Shown in pieces: positions 1-13,395 of a stretch of DNA of 64,000 bases (positions within the stretch are counted from its first letter, which is position 1; each line of letters opens with the position of its first letter). The DNA comes from Rhina ancylostomus (Eukaryota): positions 12,771,711 to 12,835,710 of the forward strand of contig JARFYF010000051.1 in assembly GCA_030265395.1 (NCBI GenBank). The letters run 5' to 3'. The position numbers and the translations under genes were made by a program. The notes beneath the pieces are model-generated. The model had not been told where the DNA came from. It did no database searches and saw only the letters and a list, made by a program, of their open reading frames with translations.

Positions 1-314
1 CAATTATAGTTTGTCCTCTATTCTTACTGTATCAACTGCAAATAGTTTTTCATTGAAAGCATTCAATGTAATCATCACATAGCTCTTTAGTTTCATCAGA
101 TTATATTGGATATGGCTTGCACAGCAGAGTTTATTCCTTTTGATCAACCTTTTGAATCAATTCAATAAAAATGTCATAATTCTCAGGTGGTCGAGCTAAA
201 TCGTTAGCCACATTTGGGTCTTCTGAGAAACATTCTTCTTTAAACAATGATCAATTAAGGTAGCCTGATCAATTTTAATTATTGTAGGTCGGTATTCAGT
301 TTTCCCTTTGGCAT

Positions 315-695
315 TAAAAGAAAACTTTAATTTCTGCAGCACATTTCATTACTTTGGGACATCCCAAGGTGATAAGCACTCAATTAATTAGTTTTGAAGT
401 GTGGTCACTGTTGAAAGGCAAGAACTGCAGCAACTCTTTTAAATGCAGCATGGTCCAAAAAAAGGTATAATAACCAATGTTTTTATGATGGATCTTTGAT
501 TTCTTCATGTACGCCTAATTCTAGCAAATAGGCCTTTCGTTTAACTTTCCTTCTCTAAGACAACGCATCCAAGACCACTCTTACAGTTTGGATCACTCAG
601 CACTCAACCAGGACTTTTGTGTTCAAACCTCAGGTGGGACTTGAAACCACAGCCTTCTGACAGAGGGTGCTACCAAATGAGCCTGAGCTGACACT
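315..695 (-). mobile_element. Deu-domain tRNA-derived SINE (SacSINE1/AmnSINE-like), degenerate
   Basis: Deu/3' motif ttttgaagtgtggtcactgttg and a reverse B-box (gggacttgaaacc at ~635-647). Homologous to copies at 22105, 36428 and 52605. Confidence 0.65.
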
Positions 696-2229
696 ATGCT
701 AATATATAACAGCAATATGTTGAGTAATAGATAATGTTGCCCAAGTTGCAATAGAATCCACTGCTATTGATTACGCAGAGAAGCATTGTGCCCTGTGTAA
801 TGGACAGCAGATTTGCTTCTGAATGTGGGTATGAGGATTATATGGAAGTCTTTTACCTTTTGTACAGTAATTGTAATTGTCCATAGGTTATTTTGTTACT
901 GATTAATCTTTTTACAAGAGTTAAGCTTTGTGTGACCAGCTACTAACAGTGCAGCAAGATGGACATGGATGTGTTTAATTATAATCATTCCTAATTCTTG
1001 CTGCCCTGTTGCATAGATTTTGAAATAATCTTGTGAATGAGTAATAAAAACAAATGAAAATTGTAAGTAATGCTGCAAGAAAGCAGAATTATTCCACTTT
1101 GTCCACATTGTGTGTGCTGTTGTAATTTACAGGAGACGCACCCAGGTTTGAATTCATTATTGTTTGTTTGTCAGGTCGGTTTGCCTGCCTTGCTATCATG
1201 GGGAAATGAGGAGGTAGATTTGTGGCTACCAAAGCTGATCTAGATAAGCTTACCATGTTTGAATTGTAGCAGCTGCCACTTTGTTTTGGAATAGCAGGGA
1301 CATGAAGTGGACATATCTATTCCCCAGACTGATTAAACTTCCAGATGTAAAATGATACTGAGGTTATGGAAAATTATGGAGGGATCTACGTTTTGGTTAT
1401 TTTGACACAAGCAGAAACTTTACAAAATCAACCCATCAAATACTGCACATTACAACATAACCCACCACATGTGTGTTGGGTGTCAAGCAATGGAACAAAT
1501 CAAAGATTACATTGTGAGATCCACGTAGTTATGATGTATCTGTCAATTTTATCCTTCACACTGTTTATTATCTTTATATACTTACTAGATTTACTTTTTT
1601 TGCCCAAAATCTGAACTGTTATATTCCCAAGGGTTAGAGAGTCTGACAGTTTTCTATAACATTGCCTGGAAAGCGTTGCATCTCAGTCTCAAAACTTTAC
1701 AGGATTTTATGATGAGCAGGAATGGATTAGAGCTCAAATGGATTTCCAAATCCCTCTGGTAATATAAAGAGTGCTTTTTCAAGGTTTGCTTATGGCCAGA
1801 AATATGAACATCGAATTATGCCATAGAAAGACCAATACCACTGTGATGAAAATGCGTCAAATTCTGGCTACTTTCAACAATTTTAAGTAATGAGTGCTAA
1901 TTTGACTTTCATGTTTATTTTGGTATGCAGAGTGGCTTGAACAGATGGTACTTACTGGAAAAATAATCTTTCAGCTACTTTAAAAGTGGAGGCAATGTGT
2001 TATTCTACAAAGTTCATGAGAATGGGGTTGATTTTGCATTTACTACTTGAATAATTTTTTTCACTTAAAATCTAAGCTTTGGAGACTTCAGTGAGCAGGT
2101 TACTACTCAGTAACTAGTGTTTGATATCAACACCTTTTCTCATGATTGAGAGTTGGCCATTAATTTACCAGATTTCATATTCTCTCTTTATGAAGATATA
2201 AAGGTGAAAGGTGTAGGTTGATCGTGCCA

Positions 2230-2640
2230 AATCCTCAAAGGTGCTGGCCCCTGCCATCAATTATGGTGGGTATGTTCTTGGAGCCTCTTTCTTCCGTTAG
2301 TTCTCCACCACCATTCATTTCCTGGTGTGACAGGACAGTAAAACTTTGATCTGATCTATTGGCCACAGGATTGACCAGCTTTGTCTGTCGTATGCTATTT
2401 TTGCTGTTTAAGCATGTGCCCTCCTATGTTGCAGCTTCACCAGCTTGACACCTCATTTTTAGATTTGCCTGGTGCCTTCTGCACTCTTCATTAAACCTGG
2501 GCTGTGCCCTGGCTTGAAAGAAGTGGTAGAATGAAGGCTATACAGGGCTATGACACTACAAATTGTGTAGGTGTATATTTATGCTGTTGCTGGTGCTCTA
2601 CAGCATTTTGTGATACCCAGTCTTGAGCTGCCAGATCTGA
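2230..2640 (-). mobile_element. Degenerate LINE ORF2 (endonuclease-region) fragment
   Basis: Resembles the antisense of the common elasmobranch LINE also seen at 24990 and 28790. No intact frame. Confidence 0.45.
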
Positions 2641-2711
2641 AGGTGAATTTCGTGTAAGCATACTCATCTTTTGTGAGTATCGGTGCTTCCTGACCATCAG
2701 TATACAGAAAG

Positions 2712-2950
2712 TTGCCATGTGTACTTTTGATGGCCTCTAACATCTTTCAATCTCCAATGGGCAAAATGCTGCAAAGGATTTTGGAGTATTTATGTAACCA
2801 AGACGATATCCTTAGTGCCATGGAGACTGAACTGGAGCACTTGTTGGGAAAAGTACTTGGAAAGCTATCGAACCAAAACGTGAGGCTGATATGGAACAAG
2901 TGTACTTTTATATAGTCTGAAATTGACTATTAAGCAAATTGATTAGAATA
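2712..2950 (+). mobile_element. Gypsy/Ty3-type LTR retrotransposon reverse transcriptase fragment
   Basis: ORF ASNIFQSPMGKMLQRILEYLCNQDDILSAMETELEHLLGKVLGKLSNQNVRLIWNKCTF follows the Gypsy RT pattern (A.IFQ..M..IL.G...V.CYLDDILI.G.T..EHL..L..VL.RL....L.L...KC.F). YxDD has decayed to NQDD. Confidence 0.7.
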
Positions 2951-4527
2951 GACAGATGTTTATCTGTGAAAGGGCGGTGCCTGTATTGGATTCTAGAGAG
3001 CTGATTAATTTTACTGAATTTCAGATATTATAACTTTTGATACATTGTTATACTAGCCACCGCTGTTAGTTGAGTGTTAGCAACCTTCAGTAAAGAATAT
3101 TTTGTTGGCAGCTCTATTCTTATTATTTGGTGAACAACAACATGAAATAACTGAGGACATTATGGGTAATGTCCATTATGTTAGCAAGTTTTTGTTCCAT
3201 TTTGTTTTTTATATTGTCGGTAGATTTTCTGTTACTGCAAAGTGTTTCAGTTTGAATAATAATGGTGTCTTTTGAATGATGTGTGAATGATCCAAGTGTC
3301 TTGGGGTCAAATGTTTAACTTCAAAATATATGTTAGTTGACATCATGTGCATTGTTTTCTGCTGTTTTCATTGAAAATAATACATATTTCCTTTTGAGAA
3401 ATGGAATGATTCATGAATTGATTAAAAAGTGCTATTTTGATTGGCATGGTGTGAATCAGAAGCTCCATATTTTTTGATTTGCTCCAGTACTCTGAGTCTG
3501 AATTTTTGGACTTTCGCAGAGGCCTCGTATTGAGATTTTATCTGTGACTTCAAGTAATAATTAAATCAATAAGTGGAGAAAAGGATATATTGGGTAAAAG
3601 GAGAAAATAGTCACTTCTGGAGTTATTTTCTTGGAGGGAGATCATTAAAATATTTAATGTATTTGACATGCAGGAAGCACAATTTATTTTGTTATCAACA
3701 TAAGGCACTTAATATTATTTCTAATGAAATTCAGCACTGTTTTGATGCATTGGTAAACTATTGCTCTGGAAGGGTTTATCAAGTTCTGACTGATCACAGC
3801 GTGGCTTCTTTCAGACATCCTGACTCCCTAATTTCTCTCAGTAACGAGTTTTGTTCTGTGTAATAAAATATTCATGCTGAAATGGGTTTTAGACTAATTA
3901 TCTGCAGTCAACATTTGCTTGTGCAGTAATTTTCTGTTAGCTGGTGAGTTGATTAGTGATTCAGTGGTACAAACAGTCCTGTCTGGCTCAGTACCTGCAT
4001 GTTATCTTGTATCTCGGATGGTTGGTTACATACATCCAGACTTATTTCCATTACTGTTGAGTCGTTACTGCTAAAACAAATCTGTGAAGAAAATGTAGCA
4101 GAAGCAAAGTAGTTAAAACAAAAACGTTTTGAAAATGAGGACATTTCTAACCCTTCTAAGTTTTCACTTCTGGGAAGCCTAGAAGTAATTGTTATATTTT
4201 CAAAAGGAAATTTAAAACGCTTACTTAATGAATAATTACAAAATTGTTATATAAAGATCTGTGGCTTCAAGGTACAAATTAGTGAAGCCCTACCAATTGA
4301 CCACTGGCATAATTAATAGCATCTATTTGAAGAAAATGAAAGGAAATATTTATCTATTTAATTGATAAATGGACTTGTCACATTTGGTTTATTACCTCAG
4401 TTTTCCACAACTTGGTCTCACCATTTCTGTCAGTGTTGAATGTCTTTTTGTAAGTAGACTGCAGTAGGCACAGTCAGATCCCAAATTGTCATTTCTTGGT
4501 GAACCTTAAAAGTGAGCATTGTCAGAA

Positions 4528-4898
4528 TGTCTTTATAAGCTGTTTGTCAGACCACATTTGGAATATTGTGCGCAGTTTTGCACCCCATGTCTAAGGAAGG
4601 ATGTGCTGGCGTTGGAGAGGGTCAAGAGGAGGTTCATGACAATGATCCCAGGGTTGAAAGTGTTAATGAATGAGGAGTTGTTTGCTGGCTCCGGGCCTGT
4701 ACCCGCTGGGGTTTAGAAGGATAAGTGAGGGATCTCATTGAAACCTACCAAATATTGAAAGGCCTGGATAGAGTGGACGTGGGGAAGATGTTTCCAGTGG
4801 TGGGAGACACTAGGACAAGAGGGCACAGCCTCAGAATAAAAGAATCCTTTAGAACTAAGATGAAGAGGAATTTCTTTAGCCAAAGGGTGGTGAATCTA
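4528..4898 (+). mobile_element. CR1-clade LINE, ORF2 C-terminal fragment
   Basis: LYKLFVRPHLEYCAQF..RKDVLALERV.RRF..MIPGL and DLIETYQILKGLDRVD..MFP....RTRGHSLRIK..FFSQRVVNL are hallmark CR1 motifs. Frameshifted. Confidence 0.92.
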
Positions 4899-5884
4899 AT
4901 TCTGCTGTTATGTCTTATAGTCATATAGGATATTGAATATCTCATGCTGTCCTGATCAAAACCTCACCTATTATGAATCTTTGTATAATATATGAAATGA
5001 AATCATACCTGAAAAATCAACAAATACTTTGTGGGTGTTGTAATGCTCTGAGTTCATAGGCTTACCAATATTTAGCTTTATTCTTGGTCTGACCATTGAC
5101 TTAAACTGCTAAGATAGCAGAGGGACAGGCCATTTCTGACTATTTAGTGAGCTTGGGTGGGGTAAGGTGATTGAACATTGTAGATATATTCATCCTATCA
5201 TATGGAACAGACATACATATAGTTTACAGCACCCTCACTGGATAGTGATTAGCTTTATTTTTTTAATATTTCCATCTTCATAACACAGATATGAAAGCCA
5301 CTAGTTGTACCAAGCATGCCTGAACTATAAACAACAAAAAAAAGCACCTGTTTATCTGGGTAGCCAAGTGTTCAGTCATGAAGCTTTATTTACCTGCGAA
5401 ATGCATAGGAAGTTTTGAGATTTTCATGTTCAATTGCATGCTAAACCATAGTATTATAATTATATATCACAATAATTGCATAAGATACAATTTCCCCCAC
5501 TTATTTTTTTCAGATTGAACCTCTGTGATACACAGCTGCAATAGCAATTTTAGTGTAACTAAAATGAATCTCCAAAAACTAATTCAGCACTACATTTTTG
5601 TTTTAGTAAAATGAGACTTTATTACATAGAGGCTAGCTACTCTGCTAAAGAAAGTGTTACATCTTGACAAGGAATGTCCAAACTGAAATTAGTCTCTTCT
5701 GGTTACTTCCTCCGAGGGAGGTCATTTATGAGCAATTCAAGTTTTTAAATTAAAGAATGATCTCAGATTTGATCAAATGAGTTAAGTTGCTTACAACTTG
5801 TATGTTCTTGAGTGAGAGCATTTTAACTTTGTCAAGGTTGCTGTATAATCAGATGTGACTACCTTAGCAGACGATGTAAGCTGA

Positions 5885-5970
5885 AAAAAAACTGCAGAAA
5901 ACTAGAAGTACTTAGCAGGTCTGATGAGAGAAAGGGTTAATATTTTGGGTGGATGACTTTTATCACACTT
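5885..5970. mobile_element. Penelope-like element terminal fragment
   Basis: gcagaaaactagaagtacttagcaggtc...ttaatattttgggtggatgacttttatca is homologous to the arms at 41755, 46180 and 55095. Confidence 0.45.
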
Positions 5971-8900
5971 TCAATTAAAATATAAATGCTGGTGAAGCCA
6001 AGTTTTAATACCTTCCTATGTTGTATTCCCACGACAGAGATCAGGTTTCATTTCTGTCATTGCGGATGATCCAAAACTTCCTCCACAAGACAGTCACAGA
6101 AGCCATTTGACCGCTGTTCACACTCAGAACACGCATTCCTTCTTTCCACGGACTTTTCTCCTTTGGATCTGGAAGGCCTATCCTTTTGGATAGCCCTGAA
6201 GCTGATTGGCAGCAGGGCCTCAAACACTGTAGCTCAGTGACATCCCATTAAACCTTTTTGGAAGCCTTTCACTAGACAGCAAGACCCTGTTCTCAGCTTG
6301 CTGTAATTATTAAAAGGTAATGTATCTTGTTCTTTAACTTCTTTTCCCACAGCCCGGGTGGGCTTGCGGATTCTGAGTGCAGGATCTGGTAGCAGATAGC
6401 CATGGAAGTATCAGGAAGTCTCTGGTCTTGTTGTTGGACTCCATGCAAAATCCTGCAGCAGAAGACGATTTGGAAATGGGCCACAAAGGTTCAGCAGAAA
6501 GACTAGACTTCCACATTTGCATGGGAATCCCTTAACTTCTGACACTGAGAAGCCAGCAGCGCTGTGTGAAACTGCCAGCAAAGTTGGACCATTATTTTCA
6601 GTCCTACCTTAAATCTCTTTTCCATGTTGTCAACTCATGCCTGTCTTTCAGTCCTATTCTGAACAAGGCCATGCCATATTTTGGCATCCTAAAGAGAGGA
6701 TCCCAAATTTTATCCATAATTCCATTCTGCAAAATTAATTTTGACATCCTTCCCCAGCTGCTATTTTATCCATACTCTTTATCAACTTTAATAATCCCAT
6801 CTCTTCCCCCTCCCTCATAAACTTCTAATTGCTCAAAAATATACCATATCATCTTAAGTGTATCACTTCCATCATTATCATCATTGGCTCCCTTTCATCA
6901 AACAATAAAACTAAGATCTGTTTTCTCCTTCACTTTACTTGATAAACTTGCTTTGTTTTTACCAGCCAGCCTTTTCTTGGGTTTTATTTCTTAAAGACAT
7001 TTTTCTTGTCCCACTTGAGACACAGTCACAAAAGAAGTTCTGTGAAGGATAGTAACTCCTGGTTACCCAGATGGATTGCAAATGTATAGAAGTCATCTTT
7101 GAAAGCGTTCATCAGGTTTTACCAATTATTGAGCTGTTTGTTGATGCTGTTCCACAATGAGACCCAATACTTAGAAACATTTGGACGTCCTGGAGATGTC
7201 AATGCCACTCCCTATTCCCCCTTCTTCCCACTCCTCCAATCATAACTTGCTTCAGGAAGCTAAGATTATACAGACAAAAAACACTATAAGAAGCTGATGG
7301 AACACTCAGGAGATTTCAAGGCTTTGCCAGAGAACTGCAAAACTGGACACAAACCTTACACACAGCCTTAGTATATGTTCAATGATTCAATCTCCATTGT
7401 ATATCTCCAAACTAGTCAAGCAAATAAATTGCATGTGAAGTCACTGTGCTTAGTCATATCTAACTAATTGAGTTTTCTTAATCCACCAAGACTGAAGTTT
7501 CAGTATTTCATTTTTATTATCTGACTCATTGTTTTCATCTTTACACAATTATTTTTAGTTGAAATGTAGTTTCCTAATTTATTTGGTAGATGGCAACTCA
7601 TTACCTATGAATACTAGTTTAGCTCGAAGAAATCAACTCCATGAAATATCAGAGCAACCCAAGTCAGAGAGCTCAAAACATACATCCAGTTTTTACTTGC
7701 ATCCACAGTTACTATTTTCATTTAAAGTTTTGAACCTGTCAGTGTGTTTGATACTGGACCTGTGCACATTGCTTGCTTCTGACAGGTGGAGGAGAAAGTT
7801 TTTTCACAGCAAATCTTGACACTTGCAAGAAAGCAGGGTGATATTTAAATAGTTAACCACATATTTCTGTAATGGACTTCAGTTTGTAACTTTGGCAAGG
7901 AACCCACCTGTGTGTGATCTGAGATTACACATTACAATGGAATGCTCTCCCTCCGTTGCTGGTGGAATGATCAGTTTTGATCTACCATCTATCCTGAGTC
8001 AGTCCCATTTAGTATCATGTTATCACCACACAACATAACAGAGTTTCCTCAGCATGAAATTAGACCAAATAACCAGGCTGAAATGAAACAGTTCAACTGT
8101 AGATCATCCATGACTTCATCTAACAACTGAATCATCTGAGCTTGAACCTCAGGTGCAGGTTTAAACATTGTATAACAGTAGTATTACTGTTGAAACATGA
8201 GTTGTATCAGAGTGCTGAGCAGAACCGTGCGTTGAGCTGAAGGTGTGGAACAACTGAAACAGTCAACTTGGATCACATGTATATTCTCTTCCCAGAATAA
8301 AAGCATTTCAATTTTTTTTGCTTAGGCCTGCCCTAAAGACATATCGTTTTTTTTGATCCTGCTTATATAAGATGTTTTGCTTTGGCTTATCACTTCCATG
8401 CACTTGCACAATTTTTCCCCAGTGTGTTTAGTGTCCTTTAGAAATCTCTGGTGGATGGCAGTGCTCAGTTTTGAGTAATATGGGAATGTTCTGGATAATA
8501 AACATATTGAAGGAAAATATACTGCACATGGAGACAGTTTCATCAGTTTTAAACTAATAGTCTGCCTCTGATGAGAGAAAAAAATAATTCACTGGCTTGT
8601 CCATTTAAAATGACTGCCATTTATTTTGTGGTACATTTGAATAGAATCGTACTTATTGATTCTTAGTGGTGAGACAAAGAATGTATTTCATTTGATGTTT
8701 GTGGATTAAATATGAATTAAAAAGCCTGCAAGATTTGGTGTGAAAGAAATACTTCCTGATAAATGTGTTAATAAATGAAATGGAGGACAGATTTTCACAT
8801 TGGCCTCACCTCAGCTATATTTATTTCAATACAGAACGTTAATATTTACTTGCTGAAGTGATGACAATTAAACATTCACATTTTACCAATAGCAGAACTA

Positions 8901-9609
8901 ATAGAGTATATCCCCTGATGGCCATTGCCATCTCATTTGTTGCAATTTGTGATTATTTATTGGCTATTTAAAAATGAGGATGGTTGCTATGGAGGAGAGA
9001 AGTCATTTAGGTAGCACATTGCCTGGCGCACTGTGGTGTTTAATTTGTATGTAAGTATCTTCATTTGGTATCCTGATTTCATTCCCTTTTGCGTTCAGTC
9101 CACTGAGACAATCATCTCTGAGGCCTTTACACAAAGGTTTAAATAGCTTCCTTTCTCCTAACAAGGTGGGTATTGTTGCCTTCTACATATTTGTTTTGCA
9201 CACAATCTATTGAAAAGAGTTTAATTAGTAAACAAGAGGTAGCTTTGCAGCAAAATAAAGTGGAATCTTGGAAAATGTCTTGGTAATTGTGGAGTTAAGT
9301 TAAGAATAGTGGTTAGACACTAAGATAACCCAGTACTGTTCACCAGTGCTTTGGATAGGCTATTAACACAATTTTCCTCTTACCATTAAAATTTAACAAT
9401 TCTCAGTGGCCCAATGGCTTAAGTGAACTTGGTTCCCCCTCAAGTGATTTATGTTACAATACTGACATTGGCTTCCATTGAGTCTTAGAGACTTAGAAAC
9501 TGTCTCAGAAACTGAAGAATCAATGAACAATAACTGGATTTTGTATTCAATCAGAATAGTTGGAAAAAAAAGATGTAATGAATTTAACAGTACTTAGTTA
9601 GAAAACCTG

Positions 9610-10025
9610 AGCAGCAAAAGCTTTCAATTTGTATGTATTTTTAACATGGTGAAATGTAATTGTGTGGGGGGGGGGGGTGGTTGCTGGATATGGTACAAAC
9701 TTGAAACTAAGCCACCTAAGGACATGTTTGGCAAGATTTGTTTGAAAGAAGAAAATGAGATGTAAGGGCAAGAAGATTCATTGAAAGAATTCCAAAAGTT
9801 AAGGAGTTAAGAGCTGAAACGAGAACTGTTCTGGGTGGAATGATTTGAGGGCCGAAATGGAACATTGTAGAGCTGAAGAAGATTACAGAGCTTCGGAGGT
9901 AGTAAAGCCATGGGACATCCTTTCAAATAAGGATGAGAACTTTAAAATCAGAGCATTGCTTAATCAGGTACCAAAAGTACAGGGGTGATATATGGACAAG
10001 AGTTGGTGTGAGTTTGGAAATGGAT
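9610..10025 (-). mobile_element. L2-clade LINE 3' portion, old
   Basis: Similar to the antisense L2 copy at 49550-50095 (e.g. aaataaggatgagaactttaaaat vs aaacaaggtgagaattttaaaac). Confidence 0.55.
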
Positions 10026-10027
10026 GA

Positions 10028-10550
10028 GATTGATAGGTTAGGTGAGTGGGCAAAAACTTGGCAAATGGAGTTTAATGTGGGGAAGTATGAGGTTATGCAC
10101 ATTGGTAAGAGGAATCTAAATTGAAATTATTATCTAAATGGAGAAAGATTGCAGATAAGCAAAAGGATCTAGCTGTTCTTGTATATAAGTCACGAAAAGT
10201 TAGCAGGCAGGTACACCATGTGGTTAGGAAGCCAAATGGCCCACTGGACTTCATTGCTAGAGGATTGGAATTTAGAAATAGGGAAGTATTGTTACAGTTG
10301 TACAGAGTACTGGTAAGGCCACACCTGGTGTACTGTGCACAATATTGGTCCCCTTATTTATAAAAGGTTGTACTGATATTGGAGGCAGTCCAAAAGATAT
10401 TCACAAGATCAATTCCTGTGATGCGAGGCTGATCTTATGAGTGGCTAAAGAAATTAGATCTATATTATTTGAAGAATATGGGGTGATCTTACTATGGGTG
10501 GTCATTTAAAACTCAGGTGGTGTAGGAACTTCTCTGAGACTGGTGAACTT
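10028..10550 (+). mobile_element. CR1 LINE RT fragment inserted into an L2
   Basis: IDRLGEWAKTWQMEFNVGKYEVMHIG and FIARGLEFRNREVLLQLYRVLVRPHLVYCAQYWSPYL. Confidence 0.9.
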
Positions 10551-10589
10551 CAGGAAATCTGACACCCTTGATATCTTTTCAGACTTGGA

Positions 10590-11260
10590 CTTCAGGGAAT
10601 AGAGGTGAGAGCCAAAGCAGTGTGAATGATGAAGTGAATTAATACAGATTTAGTTTGAACTGGGGCACCAGAGGTGGAGATGAAAGTTTGGTTGAGCAGA
10701 GCAATAGCCGCAGAGATATTTTGGTAAATGAAGGACTACAGGATGTTGAGTTTGGAATCATTGGGAAGGATCTTTCCCCCTCATCACCAGGAGCTAACAT
10801 GGAAGGAAGTTTTGCTGTGAGGGGAAGATGGTGAGAGATACAAGGAGGTGGACAGAGATGGCTTTAATGATACTTGTCATGATTGGACTGGTGAGGCCAC
10901 ATGAGATGGCAAGATAAGAATGTGGCTTTGAACATGGGCAGGAATTGATTTTGACACAGAACCTCAAGCTAATGAATTCAGAGGGCAGAGAACATGATGA
11001 ATTAAGGTGGTGTTTGACATCACTGTAAATGAGAAGCCATTTGGGTCAATGCAGAGGTGAAGACAAAACATTACTTGTGTGCACTGTAGAAATCTAGGAT
11101 TTTAAATGAGAAGCAAGGTGAGACTCAGAGGAGAAAGTGCCAGTGGAGTAGGTGCTGACCAAATATGACTCGGTGATAATAAACCAGATCACCATCTCTT
11201 ATTCAAGAGGCAATCACAGAACTGTTCAAAATAGTCAATAAGTGAGTGCAGGATGTCCGA
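10590..11260 (-). mobile_element. L2-clade LINE continuation, highly degenerate
   Basis: Purine-rich antisense L2 ORF2-like sequence resuming after the CR1 insertion. Confidence 0.4.
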
Positions 11261-11789
11261 AAAGAAAATCTGATATCAAATGTAAGAATTAGGACTGAGC
11301 AGTTTAAAATACAGCCTTTTGTTCATGCACAGCAAAATATAATTAAATACAGGAAAATGGTATTAATGATGAATTCCGATTCACACTCTTAAAATTAATG
11401 TGACTATTTATTCTAAGGGGAAAAAACGCAAATTCCATTGTGTTACTGGAAAATATCATATTGGCAACCAGTCTGGTTTATGGTCGAGATGCTGAAGCTT
11501 GTGCAGATTTGGATGTGATGACCGATTTTTTTTTGCACAGTAGTTTTACTCTTGGGACTGCACGATTGCCATAGGCTCTAAACCAATTTACATATAAACA
11601 TGTGGAATTAATGGTTACAGTAATTCTCTGAATATTCATGACGCTCACTTTTAGTTCAGCGAAACTTGATTCTATTTCCTGATAATGACTGTATTGAAGT
11701 AACAGCATACGGTTGACGCCTTGGGAAATTTTCTAAGACAAATTCTTGTAATAGACAGTGATTAATCTGCATACAGTGGAACAAAATTA

Positions 11790-12380
11790 AAGTCTCTCTC
11801 TGCCAACTGAAAGGTTCACAGTTCATAACAGAGGATATGCCCTTCACTATTTTTGGAACAGATGATTCCAGTAATTTGGATAATTTCTCTGCACTGAGAA
11901 ATTCTTAGCCTATTGTTTCTTCCACATTGTAAGCCCCAATCCTCCACCATTTCTGAAACAACTTGCAGTTGGACCAATGTCTGTTGTAAATCCATCAATT
12001 TCTCATAGCTTTCTCTTCCAAATTTAGTGCATTATATTCGCTGCTTACAATGTGGTCACCTTTTCCATTTAGGCAAATCGTTCCCATTATACTTGCATGC
12101 TTATTTGCAAAATTCTTTTAACCCCTTTTCCTTTAACTATTTATCTTGACCATTGCTGTTGTCACCCACTGTCACTTGAATTGAATTCTATCTATATGCT
12201 TTGTGCAAAGAAGCTTCTTTGCCCTCTGTTTCACATCTCCTAAAGTTAACACCTCCAAACCACAGGCAACATTCAACTTCTGTTAACTGCCTTTCAGAAT
12301 TATTTGCCTATTACAAGATTATTCTTCTTTCTTTTCTCTGCAGCCTGTTCATCCTTTTTAGAAAGATCAAAATTATCCAA
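11790..12380 (-). mobile_element. Highly degenerate CR1 fragment(s)
   Basis: Antisense reads QTLVQLQ..SEMVEDWGLQC and has CR1 3'-like pyrimidine-rich segments. Confidence 0.4.
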
Positions 12381-12699
12381 TAATATTTCAAAAAGAATTT
12401 GGAAAGGCAAGTAAATTGAAGCCCAGTCTTCTTGATATATATCCTAACTTTGCATTTCCATTTCTCATTTTGGTTAACTTTCAACTACATCTTCTGGATG
12501 GTAACTTAGAATAGATTGTCTGCTTGTTGCAGAATCTGTCGGATTTGTGGGATGCAGGTTATATGGGTTTTACAGTGGAGGTAGTCTCTACCAAGTTATT
12601 TAGGTGTCGAGGTTCAAAATTATTCTTTATTGTTTCATTATTGAGAGTGATGGGTCAGGTGTTCTGCATTCTTTTCCATTACCCTTGGACTAATTCTGT

Positions 12700-13100
12700 T
12701 TCCTTCAATTTATGCCTGTGTTTGTATTTTTTTTAAAAAAACGTTCCATGGCATTTGCCAATACACAATTGACATTCATCATTTGTCTGCCCAGTTGGAA
12801 AATTGATCTTTGTCTCCTGACAAATCATTCGCATTACACTGTTTAAGCTGCAACAGATTTTAGAGGTTATGTTTGGCTCATGCATTCAGGTCATTTATCC
12901 ATGTAATTAAGAACAGGCATCCAAGTGCTGGGCTGTAATGTACTCCATTCAGAAACACCTCGTTGACTGACGCAACATCAAGAGTTTTCCTTTTAAACCC
13001 AACAGTTTTATTGAATATAACAATTATAATCTGAAATTGAATGGTTTTTACTGTTGAATCTCTTGGGAGTTCATCAAATGTATTCTGAAACAGCAAAGTA
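12700..13100 (-). mobile_element. Degenerate CR1 RT fragment
   Basis: Minus-strand ORF FQNTFDELP...NGVHYSPALGCLFLITWINDLN corresponds to CR1 FQKAFDKVP...[21 protein letters not shown]. Confidence 0.7.
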
Positions 13101-13395
13101 AACTATATCATGTTGATTTGTACAGCTTAATAAGTAGTGGTGCATCATGTACTTTTATGTAACCACTCAACAGGGGTGAAGAAAATTTACCTGTTTTAAT
13201 ATATGCTGGCAATTTGTTATTCAATGATAACTTCATAATTACACCTCAGGCTAGTGTCATTATTTTGCCCATTGCAGATTATTAGGCTCATGGGTCTGTG
13301 GTTCCAAATATATTATTTTGATGACATCTGACCTCTGGTTTTCCATGACAACAGAAATTTTATACCAACTTCTCTCATCTGCATATTTACTAGGT

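Noticed and set aside
1155-1182. Other AG|GT juxtapositions (1174, 287, 7785, 46328) as recursive splice sites
   Set aside because: Weak reconstituted donors (GTCGGT, GTGGAG, GTGCCT) or poor pyrimidine tracts; expected by chance.
6325-6500. Strong acceptor (tctttaacttcttttcccacAG at ~6352) followed by GC-richer sequence, considered as a coding exon
   Set aside because: All three frames hit a stop within ~50 nt, there is no good donor, and no similarity to EXOC4.
9664-9682. Poly-G run
   Set aside because: Simple homopolymer inside an old L2 fragment; no evidence of function.
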